Shown piece after piece: positions 1 through 7,788 of a DNA stretch of 64,000 bases. Origin of the DNA: an uncultured Planctomycetia bacterium (GTDB lineage Bacteria > Omnitrophota > Gorgyraeia > 1-14-0-20-64-10); assembly GCA_964373715.1 (NCBI GenBank), contig CAYJVR010000002.1, positions 246,937-310,936 on the forward strand, in the 5' to 3' direction. The first letter of the stretch is position 1. Each line of letters begins with the position of its first letter. The notes under the pieces were generated by a model. The model saw only the letters and a list, made by a program, of their open reading frames with translations, was not told where the DNA came from and searched no databases. The translations under genes and the position numbers were made by a program.

Positions 1-30
1 CTGGTTCCATGGCTTTTAACGCTGGACCGG

Positions 31-1506
31 ATGAGCGAGAGGCAGGCTATCCTCTGGAGCTATCTGCAGGGGGTCTTTTTCTTCGGCTGTACCGTCTGGT
101 GGGTCGGTTGCGTGACGGTTCCCGGCCTGATTGTGCTGGTGGCGTACCTCGCCCTCTTTTTCGCGGCCTGGGGCTGGGCGGCGAAAAAGCTGATGAAAAC
201 GGGCGGATGGCGGTTCTTTGCCGGTGTTCCTGCGGTATGGGTTCTCCTGGAGTTTTCCCGCTCTAGCTTACTGACCGGTCTCGGCTGGAATTTTCTGGCC
301 CACACCCAATGGGAATGGCTGCCGGTCATCCAGATCGCGGAGTTCACCGGCGTTTACGGCGTTTCGTTCCTGATCGTTTTGGTAAACGGGGCCGGGTTTC
401 TCTTGCTGAGGTCAATGATGGAAGCCGGAAGAGGGGGGCATGGGGAAGGACAGGGGGCGAGGGGCACGGGGCAGGAAAACAATCTCAAAACGGCGTTAAT
501 GTTTCTTGGGATTGCACTGGGGGTGCTGGCGGCGGCGGCTGGATATGGCTATTTAAGGTTAAACCGAATCGAGGCTTCTCTCGCCCCCCGCCTTGCTTCC
601 CATACCCCTCGCCCCGTGCCCCATGCCCCTGTTTTTAAGGTGGCGGTCGTGCAGGGGAACATCCCCCAGCCGGAAAAATGGGACGATGCTTTCCAGGAGG
701 CAATTTGGAAACGGTTCGGGGAGCTAACCTCTCAGTCGATCAAAGATAATCCGGATCTCGTCATTTGGCCTGAAACATCCGTTCCAGATTATCTGGACAA
801 TGAGGAGGTGGCCGAGCGGATCAAAGGAGTGGCGCGGCAGGCCGGATCGGCCCTTCTGGTCGGCGCGCCGGCCGGCGAGCTGGAATCTTCCCGGATTTTT
901 AATGCGGCTGTTTTCTTTGATCGGGAAGGGGTTTTCCTGGGCCGCTACGACAAAGTCCACCTGGTGCCGTTTGGCGAATATCTGCCTTTAGAACGGATTT
1001 TGGGCTGGATGCGAAAATTCGTTTTGATGGGAGGATTTTCGCACGGGAAAGATTTCACCGTTTTCCGCCACCCAATCGGTTCCGAGGGATCAAATCACAT
1101 CCCGCCGTTCAGCGTGCTGGTCTGTTTTGAAGACCTGTTCCCGGGGCTCACGAGGAAATTCTCCCGGGAAGGGGCCCAGTGGCTGGTGGTGATCACCAAC
1201 GATGCCTGGTTCGGCCGGTCGGGCGCCGCGATCCAGCACCTGCAGGCCTCCGTTTTCCGAGCGGTGGAACAGAGGATGTGGGTCGTCCGGGCGGCCAATA
1301 CCGGGTTCTCCGGGTTTGTCTCCCCTTCCGGCCGGGTCCTGCCGAAACCCCATCAGGTTCCCCTCTACCGCTCCGGGATTGCCTCCGCCACAATCAGCGT
1401 TTCTTCCGAGCCAAGCTTCTACTCCGCCCATGCCGACTGGTTCCAGATCCTGGCGGTGATACTTGCCGGTTCCGCTTTCCTTCCGACGAGAAAAAGAGTA
1501 AGATAA
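31..1506 (+). CDS. lnt: apolipoprotein N-acyltransferase (Lnt); N-terminal polytopic membrane domain plus periplasmic CN-hydrolase domain
   Basis: Multiple N-terminal TM helices followed by a nitrilase-superfamily region (VAVVQGNIPQPEKWDD ... CFEDLFP ... WVVRAANTG). Start lies near the window edge and is uncertain. Confidence 0.85.
   Translation: MSERQAILWSYLQGVFFFGCTVWWVGCVTVPGLIVLVAYLALFFAAWGWAAKKLMKTGGWRFFAGVPAVWVLLEFSRSSLLTGLGWNFLAHTQWEWLPVIQIAEFTGVYGVSFLIVLVNGAGFLLLRSMMEAGRGGHGEGQGARGTGQENNLKTALMFLGIALGVLAAAAGYGYLRLNRIEASLAPRLASHTPRPVPHAPVFKVAVVQGNIPQPEKWDDAFQEAIWKRFGELTSQSIKDNPDLVIWPETSVPDYLDNEEVAERIKGVARQAGSALLVGAPAGELESSRIFNAAVFFDREGVFLGRYDKVHLVPFGEYLPLERILGWMRKFVLMGGFSHGKDFTVFRHPIGSEGSNHIPPFSVLVCFEDLFPGLTRKFSREGAQWLVVITNDAWFGRSGAAIQHLQASVFRAVEQRMWVVRAANTGFSGFVSPSGRVLPKPHQVPLYRSGIASATISVSSEPSFYSAHADWFQILAVILAGSAFLPTRKRVR
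432..474 (+). repeat. G-run motif (GGGGCATGGGG...GGGGCGAGGGGCACGGGGC), in frame inside lnt
   Basis: At least five G3+ tracts within 43 nt. Encodes the low-complexity loop GRGGHGEGQGARGTGQ. Confidence 0.6.
581..631 (+). repeat. C-rich inverted copy of the G-run motif inside lnt
   Basis: Reverse complement contains GGGGCATGGGGCACGGGGCGAGGGG. Encodes PRLASHTPRPVPHAPV. Confidence 0.6.
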
Positions 1507-1546
1507 TAAACCTTTAGGGCCTTTTTTAGGCTTGAAGGGGTATTTT

Positions 1547-3037
1547 ATGGAAACTTTCGATCAGCTTGTAAAACAACGGCTTACAAAACTGGAGATGGTC
1601 CGCAGCGCCGGCGCCGATCCCTATCAAACCGTTTTTAAGCGGGACGGGTCAGTCCAGGAACTGCTGGAAAAATTCCAGGAAAACCTCATCTTCCGGGCCG
1701 CCGGCCGGATCACCGCGATCCGGACCCAGGGGAAGATCGCTTTCGCCGATCTGCGTGACTCCACGGCCAAGATCCAGCTTCTCTTTTCGAAGGAGACCCT
1801 GGGGGAAAAATTCGCCGACGTGGCGACGCTTGACTTGGGGGACATCGTCGGTGCGGCCGGCGCCACGTTTGTCTCCAAATCGGGGGAGAAGACGATCCGA
1901 GTCTCCGAATGGGCCCTGCTGGCCAAAGCCCTGCGGCCCCTTCCGGAAAAGTGGCATGGCCTCCAGAACCAGGAAACCCGCTACCGCAAACGGTACCTCG
2001 ACCTGCTGGCCAACCCGGACTCGAGAGAGACCTTCTTGAAGCGCACCAAGATCGTCGGCGGCATCCGCCGGTTTCTCGATGAGAGAGGGTTCCTTGAGGT
2101 GGAGACTCCGATGATGCAGCCGATCCCCGGCGGAGCGGCGGGCAAGCCGTTCAAGACGCACCACAACGCGCTCGGGATGGACCTTTACTTGAGGATCGCG
2201 CCGGAGCTTTACCTGAAGCGCCTTTTGGTCGGCGGGTTCGACAGGGTCTACGAGATCAACAGGAACTTCCGCAACGAGGGGCTCTCGACGAGGCACAACC
2301 CGGAATTCACGATGCTTGAGGTGTACGAGGCGTACGGGGATTGCCGCACGATGATGGAGTTGACCGAGCAGATGATCACCACCTTGGCGAAAGAGGTCCT
2401 CGGCGGGCTCGATGTCACCTGGGGCGGAAAGACAATCAACCTGTCCCCTCCCTGGAAGAGGGTTTCCTTCGCTGAATTGGCTAAGAACGCGTGCGGGATA
2501 GAGCCGGCCGACTCGTTGGAAACGATGGCGAATAAGCTCGGGAAATGGGCGAAAGCGCAGGGCGCCGCCGATTTCCCGCCCGATGTCGCCAAAATCCCAA
2601 AGAGCCAGCTCGCGAAGTTCGTGATCGCCTCGCTGGACAAGCTGTCGGAGCAAAATGCCGGCGCGCCGGTCTTCGTGACCGAGTTCCTTGAGGTCTTCTC
2701 GCCGCTGGCCAAGTCGATCCCCGGCAAGCCGGGGGTGGCGGACCGGTTCGAGCTGTTCATCGGCGGGATGGAGCTGGCCAACGCCTACTCCGAGCTGAAC
2801 GACCCGATCGAGCAGAAGAAGCGGTTTGTCGAGCAGAAGGAGATGGGGGTGGAGGAGGCGCAGACGATTGACGAGGACTACATCGAGGCGCTCGAGTACG
2901 GGATGCCGCCGGCGGGCGGCCTCGGCGTCGGCGTGGACCGGCTCTGCATGCTGTTGACCGGCAAGGAGACGATCCGTGACGTGGTGCTGTTCCCGACTTT
3001 GAAGCCGGAAACGGGCGAAGACGGCAAAGGGGCTTGA
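1547..3037 (+). CDS. lysS: lysyl-tRNA synthetase, class II
   Basis: Class II aaRS motifs (FLEVETPMMQ...GGAAGKPF, YEINRNFRNEG, PPAGGLGVGVDRLCML). ATG at 1547 preferred over the in-frame TTG at 1532 because GAAGGGG sits 8 nt upstream. Confidence 0.9.
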   Translation: METFDQLVKQRLTKLEMVRSAGADPYQTVFKRDGSVQELLEKFQENLIFRAAGRITAIRTQGKIAFADLRDSTAKIQLLFSKETLGEKFADVATLDLGDIVGAAGATFVSKSGEKTIRVSEWALLAKALRPLPEKWHGLQNQETRYRKRYLDLLANPDSRETFLKRTKIVGGIRRFLDERGFLEVETPMMQPIPGGAAGKPFKTHHNALGMDLYLRIAPELYLKRLLVGGFDRVYEINRNFRNEGLSTRHNPEFTMLEVYEAYGDCRTMMELTEQMITTLAKEVLGGLDVTWGGKTINLSPPWKRVSFAELAKNACGIEPADSLETMANKLGKWAKAQGAADFPPDVAKIPKSQLAKFVIASLDKLSEQNAGAPVFVTEFLEVFSPLAKSIPGKPGVADRFELFIGGMELANAYSELNDPIEQKKRFVEQKEMGVEEAQTIDEDYIEALEYGMPPAGGLGVGVDRLCMLLTGKETIRDVVLFPTLKPETGEDGKGA

Positions 3038-4221
3038 TGCGGTACGAACTTTTCCTCGCGATGCGGTACTTGAACGGGCTGAAGAGGCATCAGCCGTTCG
3101 TCTCGGTGATCGCGGCGATCTCGACCGCCGGCGTCGCGGTCGGCGTGGCCGCGCTGTTCATCGTGCTCGGCGTGATGAGCGGGTTCGACGCCGACCTGGA
3201 GTCGAAGATCGTCGGCACCAACCCGCACCTGATTGTCCAGGGGGACGGCGGGATGCCGCAGGAGGACCTGATCATCGAGAGCATCGAATCGGTGCCGGGG
3301 GTTGTGGCGGCGTCCGGCTTCGTGCAGACGCAGGTTCTGCTCCAGCACGATCTGGACGGGGTCGGTGTGATCCTGCGCGGCGTGGACCCGGTCCGGGAAC
3401 TTCGGGTGACCGACCTGGCGAACACTCTGAAGGAGGGGCTGTGGCCGCCGGGGCACAACGAAATTCTGATCGGTTCCGAACTGGCCAGGAAATGGAGCCT
3501 TCGCCGGGGTGATCCGATCATTGTAGTTGGCGGCGACAAGGGAGAGAAGTTCGAGATGAAGGTGGGGGGCGTTTTCACCACCGGCATGTACGATTACGAC
3601 CTGAATCTGAGCATCGCGACGATCCCGACGGTGCAGAAAGTGCTCGGCTGGGAGAGCGGTTTTTCCGGCATCGGCGTCCGGCTCAGGGACGCGATCGAGG
3701 CGCAGAAGGTGAAGGAGGCGGTTCGGTCGAAACTGGGCTATCCTTACTGGGTGGTCACCTGGATGGACATGAACAAGAACCTGTTCGCCGCGCTAAAACT
3801 GGAGAAGCTGGCGATGTTCATCATCCTGACGCTGATCGTGCTGGTCGCATGCTTCAACATCATTGCCACTCTGTTGACGCTGGTGACGCAGAAGACGAAG
3901 GAGGTTGGGATACTGAAATCGCTCGGGGCCACGAACAGGTCGGCCCGGCGGATCTTCACGTGCGTGGGGCTCTTGATCGGCCTGTTGGGGACGGCGCTCG
4001 GCGCCGGCTTGGGCTGGATTTTGTGCATGGCGCTGGCGAAATACCAGTTCATCCAGCTGCCGGCGGAGATCTACTACATTGACCGGCTACCGGTGAAGAT
4101 GGAATGGCGGGACATGCTGGCGGTAACGCTGGCAGCGGTCGGCATCAGCTGGGTAGCGTGCCAGTATCCGGCCCGGCTGGCATCGAGGCTGATGCCGTCG
4201 GAAGCGGTCCGGTATGAGTGA
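3034..4221 (+). CDS. lolC: lipoprotein-releasing system permease LolC/LolE (FtsX/MacB-type)
   Basis: N-terminal TM helix, large periplasmic MacB-like domain, three C-terminal FtsX-type TM helices. Overlaps the lysS stop by ATGA. Followed by lolD. Confidence 0.8.
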   Translation: MMRYELFLAMRYLNGLKRHQPFVSVIAAISTAGVAVGVAALFIVLGVMSGFDADLESKIVGTNPHLIVQGDGGMPQEDLIIESIESVPGVVAASGFVQTQVLLQHDLDGVGVILRGVDPVRELRVTDLANTLKEGLWPPGHNEILIGSELARKWSLRRGDPIIVVGGDKGEKFEMKVGGVFTTGMYDYDLNLSIATIPTVQKVLGWESGFSGIGVRLRDAIEAQKVKEAVRSKLGYPYWVVTWMDMNKNLFAALKLEKLAMFIILTLIVLVACFNIIATLLTLVTQKTKEVGILKSLGATNRSARRIFTCVGLLIGLLGTALGAGLGWILCMALAKYQFIQLPAEIYYIDRLPVKMEWRDMLAVTLAAVGISWVACQYPARLASRLMPSEAVRYE

Positions 4222-4957
4222 GCGGGGCACGGAAATGTCTCCCGTCCCCCGCCCCTCGCCCCAAGCCCCGGCTTTTGCCGGGGCGTTGCTGGAATGCGCG
4301 GGGCTGACAAAAACCTACCGGCAGGGGCCGAAGCCCGTGGAAGTTTTAAGGGGGATTGACCTGACGGTGCGGGCCGGAGAGCTGGCAGTGATCGTGGGCC
4401 CCTCCGGCGCGGGCAAGTCCACTCTGTTGTCCTTGCTCGGCGGGTTGGACCGCCCGACCACAGGGTTGGTCCGTTTTTCCGGGAAGGAGCTGTACTCTCT
4501 GCCGGACAAGGAGCTGGCCGGCATCCGGAATAAATCGTTCGGGTTCGTCTTCCAGTTCTATCACCTGGTGCCGGAACTGACCGCCGAGGAGAATGTGGCT
4601 CTGCCGGCCTGGATTTCTGAAGGCCGCGTCGGTTCCGACGGGCCGGTGAAGCGGGCGAGGGAACTTTTAAGCGAGGTGGGTTTGTCCCAGCGGCTGGCGC
4701 ACCGGCCCTCGGAGCTGTCCGGCGGAGAGCAGCAGAGGGTGGCGATCGCGCGGGCGTTGATGAACAAGCCGGAGATCGTTTTCTGCGACGAGCCGACCGG
4801 GAACCTGGATTCGAAAACCGGGGCTGAGGTGCTGAGTATTCTTGTCCGGCTGCATAAAGAGGAAGGCACCGCTTTCGTGATCGTGACGCACGAACAGTCG
4901 GTAACCAAGGTGGCCGGGCGCGTTCTTTCTTTAAACGACGGGAAGCTGGCGGGGTGA
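4214..4957 (+). CDS. lolD: lipoprotein-releasing ABC transporter ATP-binding protein LolD
   Basis: Walker A GPSGAGKST, ABC signature LSGGEQQRVAIARAL, Walker B IVFCDEPTGNLD. The N-terminal ~25 aa is a Pro-rich segment encoded by a C-rich repeat motif. Confidence 0.85.
   Translation: MSERGTEMSPVPRPSPQAPAFAGALLECAGLTKTYRQGPKPVEVLRGIDLTVRAGELAVIVGPSGAGKSTLLSLLGGLDRPTTGLVRFSGKELYSLPDKELAGIRNKSFGFVFQFYHLVPELTAEENVALPAWISEGRVGSDGPVKRARELLSEVGLSQRLAHRPSELSGGEQQRVAIARALMNKPEIVFCDEPTGNLDSKTGAEVLSILVRLHKEEGTAFVIVTHEQSVTKVAGRVLSLNDGKLAG
4240..4275 (+). repeat. C-rich copy of the G-run motif at the lolD 5' end
   Basis: Reverse complement contains GGGGCTTGGGGCGAGGGGCGGGGGACGGG. Immediately preceded by GCGGGGCACGG on the + strand (potential hairpin). 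Confidence 0.55.
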
Positions 4958-4991
4958 CCGGCTTCAACATGGGAGGCGAGCGGGAAAATCT

Positions 4992-5978
4992 ATGGGGACT
5001 AAGACCGGTTTCAAAACTGAGTTGCGCCGCGATAGAAACGGCGCCGTGGCCGGACCGTCTTCTAACGGGCTGCAGAGGCGGGGGAATGCGGCCGTGAAGC
5101 CGGGGTTGAAGGTTTATTTAGACGGCCGGCTTGTGGAAGCGGCCGACGCGAAGGTCTCGATTTACGACCACGGCCTCTTATACGGCGACGGTGTTTTCGA
5201 AGGGATCCGCTCGTACAGCCGGCTTGTCTTCAAGTTGAAGGAGCACATCGTCCGCCTCTACGAATCGGCCCACACGATCATGCTCAAAATCCCAATGACG
5301 AAGGCCGAGATGGCCGACGCTGTCGTGAAGACGCTGAAGGCCAACGGCCTCGACGATGCCTACATCCGGGTGGTGGTCACGCGCGGCGTCGGGGACCTCG
5401 GGCTCGACCCGAGGAAATGCCCGAAAGCGACGATTTTCATCATCTCGGATAAGATCGTCCTCTACCCTGAGAAGCTTTATAAGGAGGGGATGGAGATCAT
5501 CACCGTGCCGACTCCCCGGAACCTGCCGGAGGCGCTGAACCCGCAGATCAAGTCGCTCAATTACCTGAACAATATCCTGGCCAAGATCGAGGCGACCAAT
5601 GCCGGCGTGGCCGAGGCGCTGATGCTGAGCGCGCACGGCTACGTGGCCGAATGCACGGGAGAGAACATATTCATCGTGCGTAAAGGGGTTCTGCGGACTC
5701 CGCCTTCTTATGTCGGGATACTCAAAGGGATCACGCGGGGCTGCGTGATGGAACTCGCCCGGAAGGCGCGGCTTGAAGTGAGCGAGGATATGCTGACCCG
5801 GCATGATCTTTACAACGCGGAAGAGTGTTTTTTGACAGGAACCGCCGCCGAGATCGCCCCGATCGTGAAGATTGACGGCCGCGTGATCGGCACCGGCAGG
5901 CCGGGCGAAGCGACGCTCAAGCTGATGGACGCTTTCCGCCAGCTGACGAAAACGGCCGCCGCCGGCGTAAAATATTAA
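4992..5978 (+). CDS. ilvE: class IV PLP-dependent aminotransferase, probably branched-chain amino acid aminotransferase
   Basis: YLDGRLVEAADAKVSIYDHGLLYGDGVFEGIRSY and a conserved E..LTGTAAE block typical of BCAT / D-amino-acid aminotransferase. True start may be an internal GTG (around VKPGLKVY). Confidence 0.7.
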   Translation: MGTKTGFKTELRRDRNGAVAGPSSNGLQRRGNAAVKPGLKVYLDGRLVEAADAKVSIYDHGLLYGDGVFEGIRSYSRLVFKLKEHIVRLYESAHTIMLKIPMTKAEMADAVVKTLKANGLDDAYIRVVVTRGVGDLGLDPRKCPKATIFIISDKIVLYPEKLYKEGMEIITVPTPRNLPEALNPQIKSLNYLNNILAKIEATNAGVAEALMLSAHGYVAECTGENIFIVRKGVLRTPPSYVGILKGITRGCVMELARKARLEVSEDMLTRHDLYNAEECFLTGTAAEIAPIVKIDGRVIGTGRPGEATLKLMDAFRQLTKTAAAGVKY

Positions 5979-5984
5979 CTGTTG

Positions 5985-6068
5985 GCGGGTTAGCCAGTTG
6001 ACGGGTTAGCGAGTTTACAGGTTAACTGGCGAACTCGCGAACTGGCTAACTCGTAAACGGGCTAACTC
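5985..6068. repeat. imperfect-palindromic intergenic repeat (core module of the MITE-like family, copy A)
   Basis: GGGTTAGCC/GGGTTAGCG, GGTTAAC, AACTCGCGAACTGG, AACTCGTAAACGGGCTAAC. It shares the exact 16-mer GACGGGTTAGCGAGTT with copy B and AACTCGTAAAC with copy C. This copy lacks flanking TIRs. Confidence 0.6.
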
Positions 6069-6075
6069 ATCAATT

Positions 6076-6630
6076 ATGTTATGTGATTTGTGCGGAAAAA
6101 AAGAGGCCAACGTCCACCTCACCGAGATCATAGACAGTCAGTCCCGGGAGCTGCATCTGTGCGGCGGCTGTGCCAAGAAGAAGGGAACCGCTGTCGGCGA
6201 AGAGTTCGGCCTCTCCGGCCTGCTGGCCGGACTGACCGATTTGGGGACGAAAAAAGGGGATGCCGGAAAGGCCCGGAAAATCTCCTGTCCTAAGTGCGGG
6301 ATGACCTACGAGGATTTCCGGAAGTCGGGGCGGCTGGGCTGCGGTGTTTGCTACCAGTCGTTCCGGGTCCTGCTTGCCCCTCTGTTGAGGCGGATTCACG
6401 GCTCGATTCAGCATGCCGGCAAGAGGCCGCCGGTAATTTCTCCGGCGCAGAAGAGGACGAGGACTTTACGGCTGCGCAAGCTGGATGATCAGGTGAAGCT
6501 CAAGGTTCTCTTGAAGAAAGCGATCGCTGCGGAGGAGTTTGAGCAGGCGGCTGAATTGCGGGACCAGATTAAGGAGTTGAAATCGAAATCGGCGAAACGA
6601 GGAAGGAAGCATGGTCGCCCCTCTGAATGA
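6076..6630 (+). CDS. mcsA: McsA-like protein (two CxxC zinc-finger pairs plus UVR domain), activator of McsB
   Basis: CDLCG...CGGC and CPKCG...CGVCY Cys pairs; C-terminal UVR-like AIAAEEFEQAAELRDQIKELK. Lies immediately upstream of and overlapping mcsB. Confidence 0.7.
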   Translation: MLCDLCGKKEANVHLTEIIDSQSRELHLCGGCAKKKGTAVGEEFGLSGLLAGLTDLGTKKGDAGKARKISCPKCGMTYEDFRKSGRLGCGVCYQSFRVLLAPLLRRIHGSIQHAGKRPPVISPAQKRTRTLRLRKLDDQVKLKVLLKKAIAAEEFEQAAELRDQIKELKSKSAKRGRKHGRPSE

Positions 6631-7660
6631 GTTGGCCTTTCAGACCGGAGAATGGCTCAGGGGCAGCGGCCCGAAGGAGGAGATCGTTATGTCCTCCCGG
6701 ATCCGGCTTGCCCGGAATTTGGCCGACAGCCTCTTTCCCCACTGGGCGACCCGGACTCACCGGGGGCAGGTGCTGGCCCGGGTGGAGAGCGCAGTCAAGA
6801 AGTCAAAATTTCTGAAGGAGTCCCTCTTCCTTAAATTGGGTTTGTTGACTGAACTGGACCGCCAATTCCTGGTGGAAAGGCACCTGATCAGCCGGGACCA
6901 TGCCGTTCACCCGAGGGAAAGGGCCGTCGTTGTCAGCGATCGGGAGATCATCTCTATCATGGTGAATGAGGAGGACAACCTTCGGCTGCAGGTGCTGCAG
7001 TCCGGTTTTAACCTGCGGGAGGCTTGGGAAATCCTTTCCCAAGTGGATTCGGAGCTCGAACCGGAGCTTCACTATGCTTTCCTGCCCGAGTGGGGATACC
7101 TCACCGCTTGCCCGACGAATGTCGGAACGGGGATGCGGGCCTCGTGCATGCTCCACCTGCCTTGTTTGGTGATGACGAAACAGATCAACAGGGTGATTCA
7201 CGCGATCACCAAACTGGGTTTGACCGCGCGCGGTTTGTACGGGGAGGGGACCGAAGCCTCGGGAAACTTCTTCCAGCTCTCCAACCAGGTTAGCCTTGGG
7301 GTTTCCGAAGGGGAGATTATGGACAATCTCGAAAAGCTGATCCACCAGGTTGTCGAGCAGGAGGAGGCGGCCCGCATGGCGCTCCTCAACCAGAGCCGTG
7401 AGGTGCTCGAGGACCGGATCTGGAGGGCTTACGGGACCCTGCGCAGTTCGGATCAGATGACCTCCAATCAAACGGTGGAGCTTCTTTCCCTGATCCGCCT
7501 CGGCGTGGATGTGGGCATCATCCCGACGCTCGACCGGGGTGTCGTCAACCGGCTTTTTATCCAGACCCAGCCGGCCCACCTGCAGAAGCTGGAAGGCCGC
7601 TCGTTGAGTTCCTCCGAGAGGGACGTCCGGCGCGCGAGGCTTTTGCGGGAGACCTTGTGA
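6611..7660 (+). CDS. mcsB: protein-arginine kinase McsB (ATP:guanido phosphotransferase)
   Basis: Phosphagen-kinase active-site signature CPTNVGTGMRAS and overall kinase-domain length. Sits between mcsA and clpC. Confidence 0.85.
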   Translation: MVAPLNELAFQTGEWLRGSGPKEEIVMSSRIRLARNLADSLFPHWATRTHRGQVLARVESAVKKSKFLKESLFLKLGLLTELDRQFLVERHLISRDHAVHPRERAVVVSDREIISIMVNEEDNLRLQVLQSGFNLREAWEILSQVDSELEPELHYAFLPEWGYLTACPTNVGTGMRASCMLHLPCLVMTKQINRVIHAITKLGLTARGLYGEGTEASGNFFQLSNQVSLGVSEGEIMDNLEKLIHQVVEQEEAARMALLNQSREVLEDRIWRAYGTLRSSDQMTSNQTVELLSLIRLGVDVGIIPTLDRGVVNRLFIQTQPAHLQKLEGRSLSSSERDVRRARLLRETL

Positions 7661-7679
7661 TATTTCGGCCGGTCAGGTC

Positions 7680-7788
7680 TTTTGCCGGTTTTGGTGCTAT
7701 TATATAAGTGGAGGCTAGGCGAGGAGTTCCGTTGTATTTATAAGCGGTTTTAGCGATCTTAAATCCAATTCAGAAAGGAGGTGGCGGG
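7680..7788 (+). promoter_or_regulatory. AT-rich clpC upstream region with candidate -35/-10 elements and RBS
   Basis: TTGCCG...TATAAG and a second TATAAG about 35 bp downstream. GGAGG lies 8 nt before the clpC ATG. No CtsR heptad direct repeat (GGTCAAA-N3-GGTCAAA) is present. Confidence 0.3.

Noticed and set aside
9-266. 85-aa + ORF at the window start.
   Set aside because: Out-of-frame overlap with the lnt N-terminus; low-complexity translation.
1649-2653. 334-aa minus-strand ORF antisense to lysS (and similar long antisense ORFs at 14862-16388, 33060-34301, 35250-36239, 37264-38229, 40457-41395, 43705-44616).
   Set aside because: These lie entirely within strongly supported + strand genes. 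Their translations are Arg/Pro/Gly-rich low-complexity sequence typical of antisense frames in high-GC DNA, and none has a recognisable motif.
7661-7788. Possible CtsR operator upstream of clpC (GGTCAGGTCTTTTGCC).
   Set aside because: It does not match the GGTCAAA-NAN-GGTCAAA tandem heptad consensus, and no ctsR gene is present.
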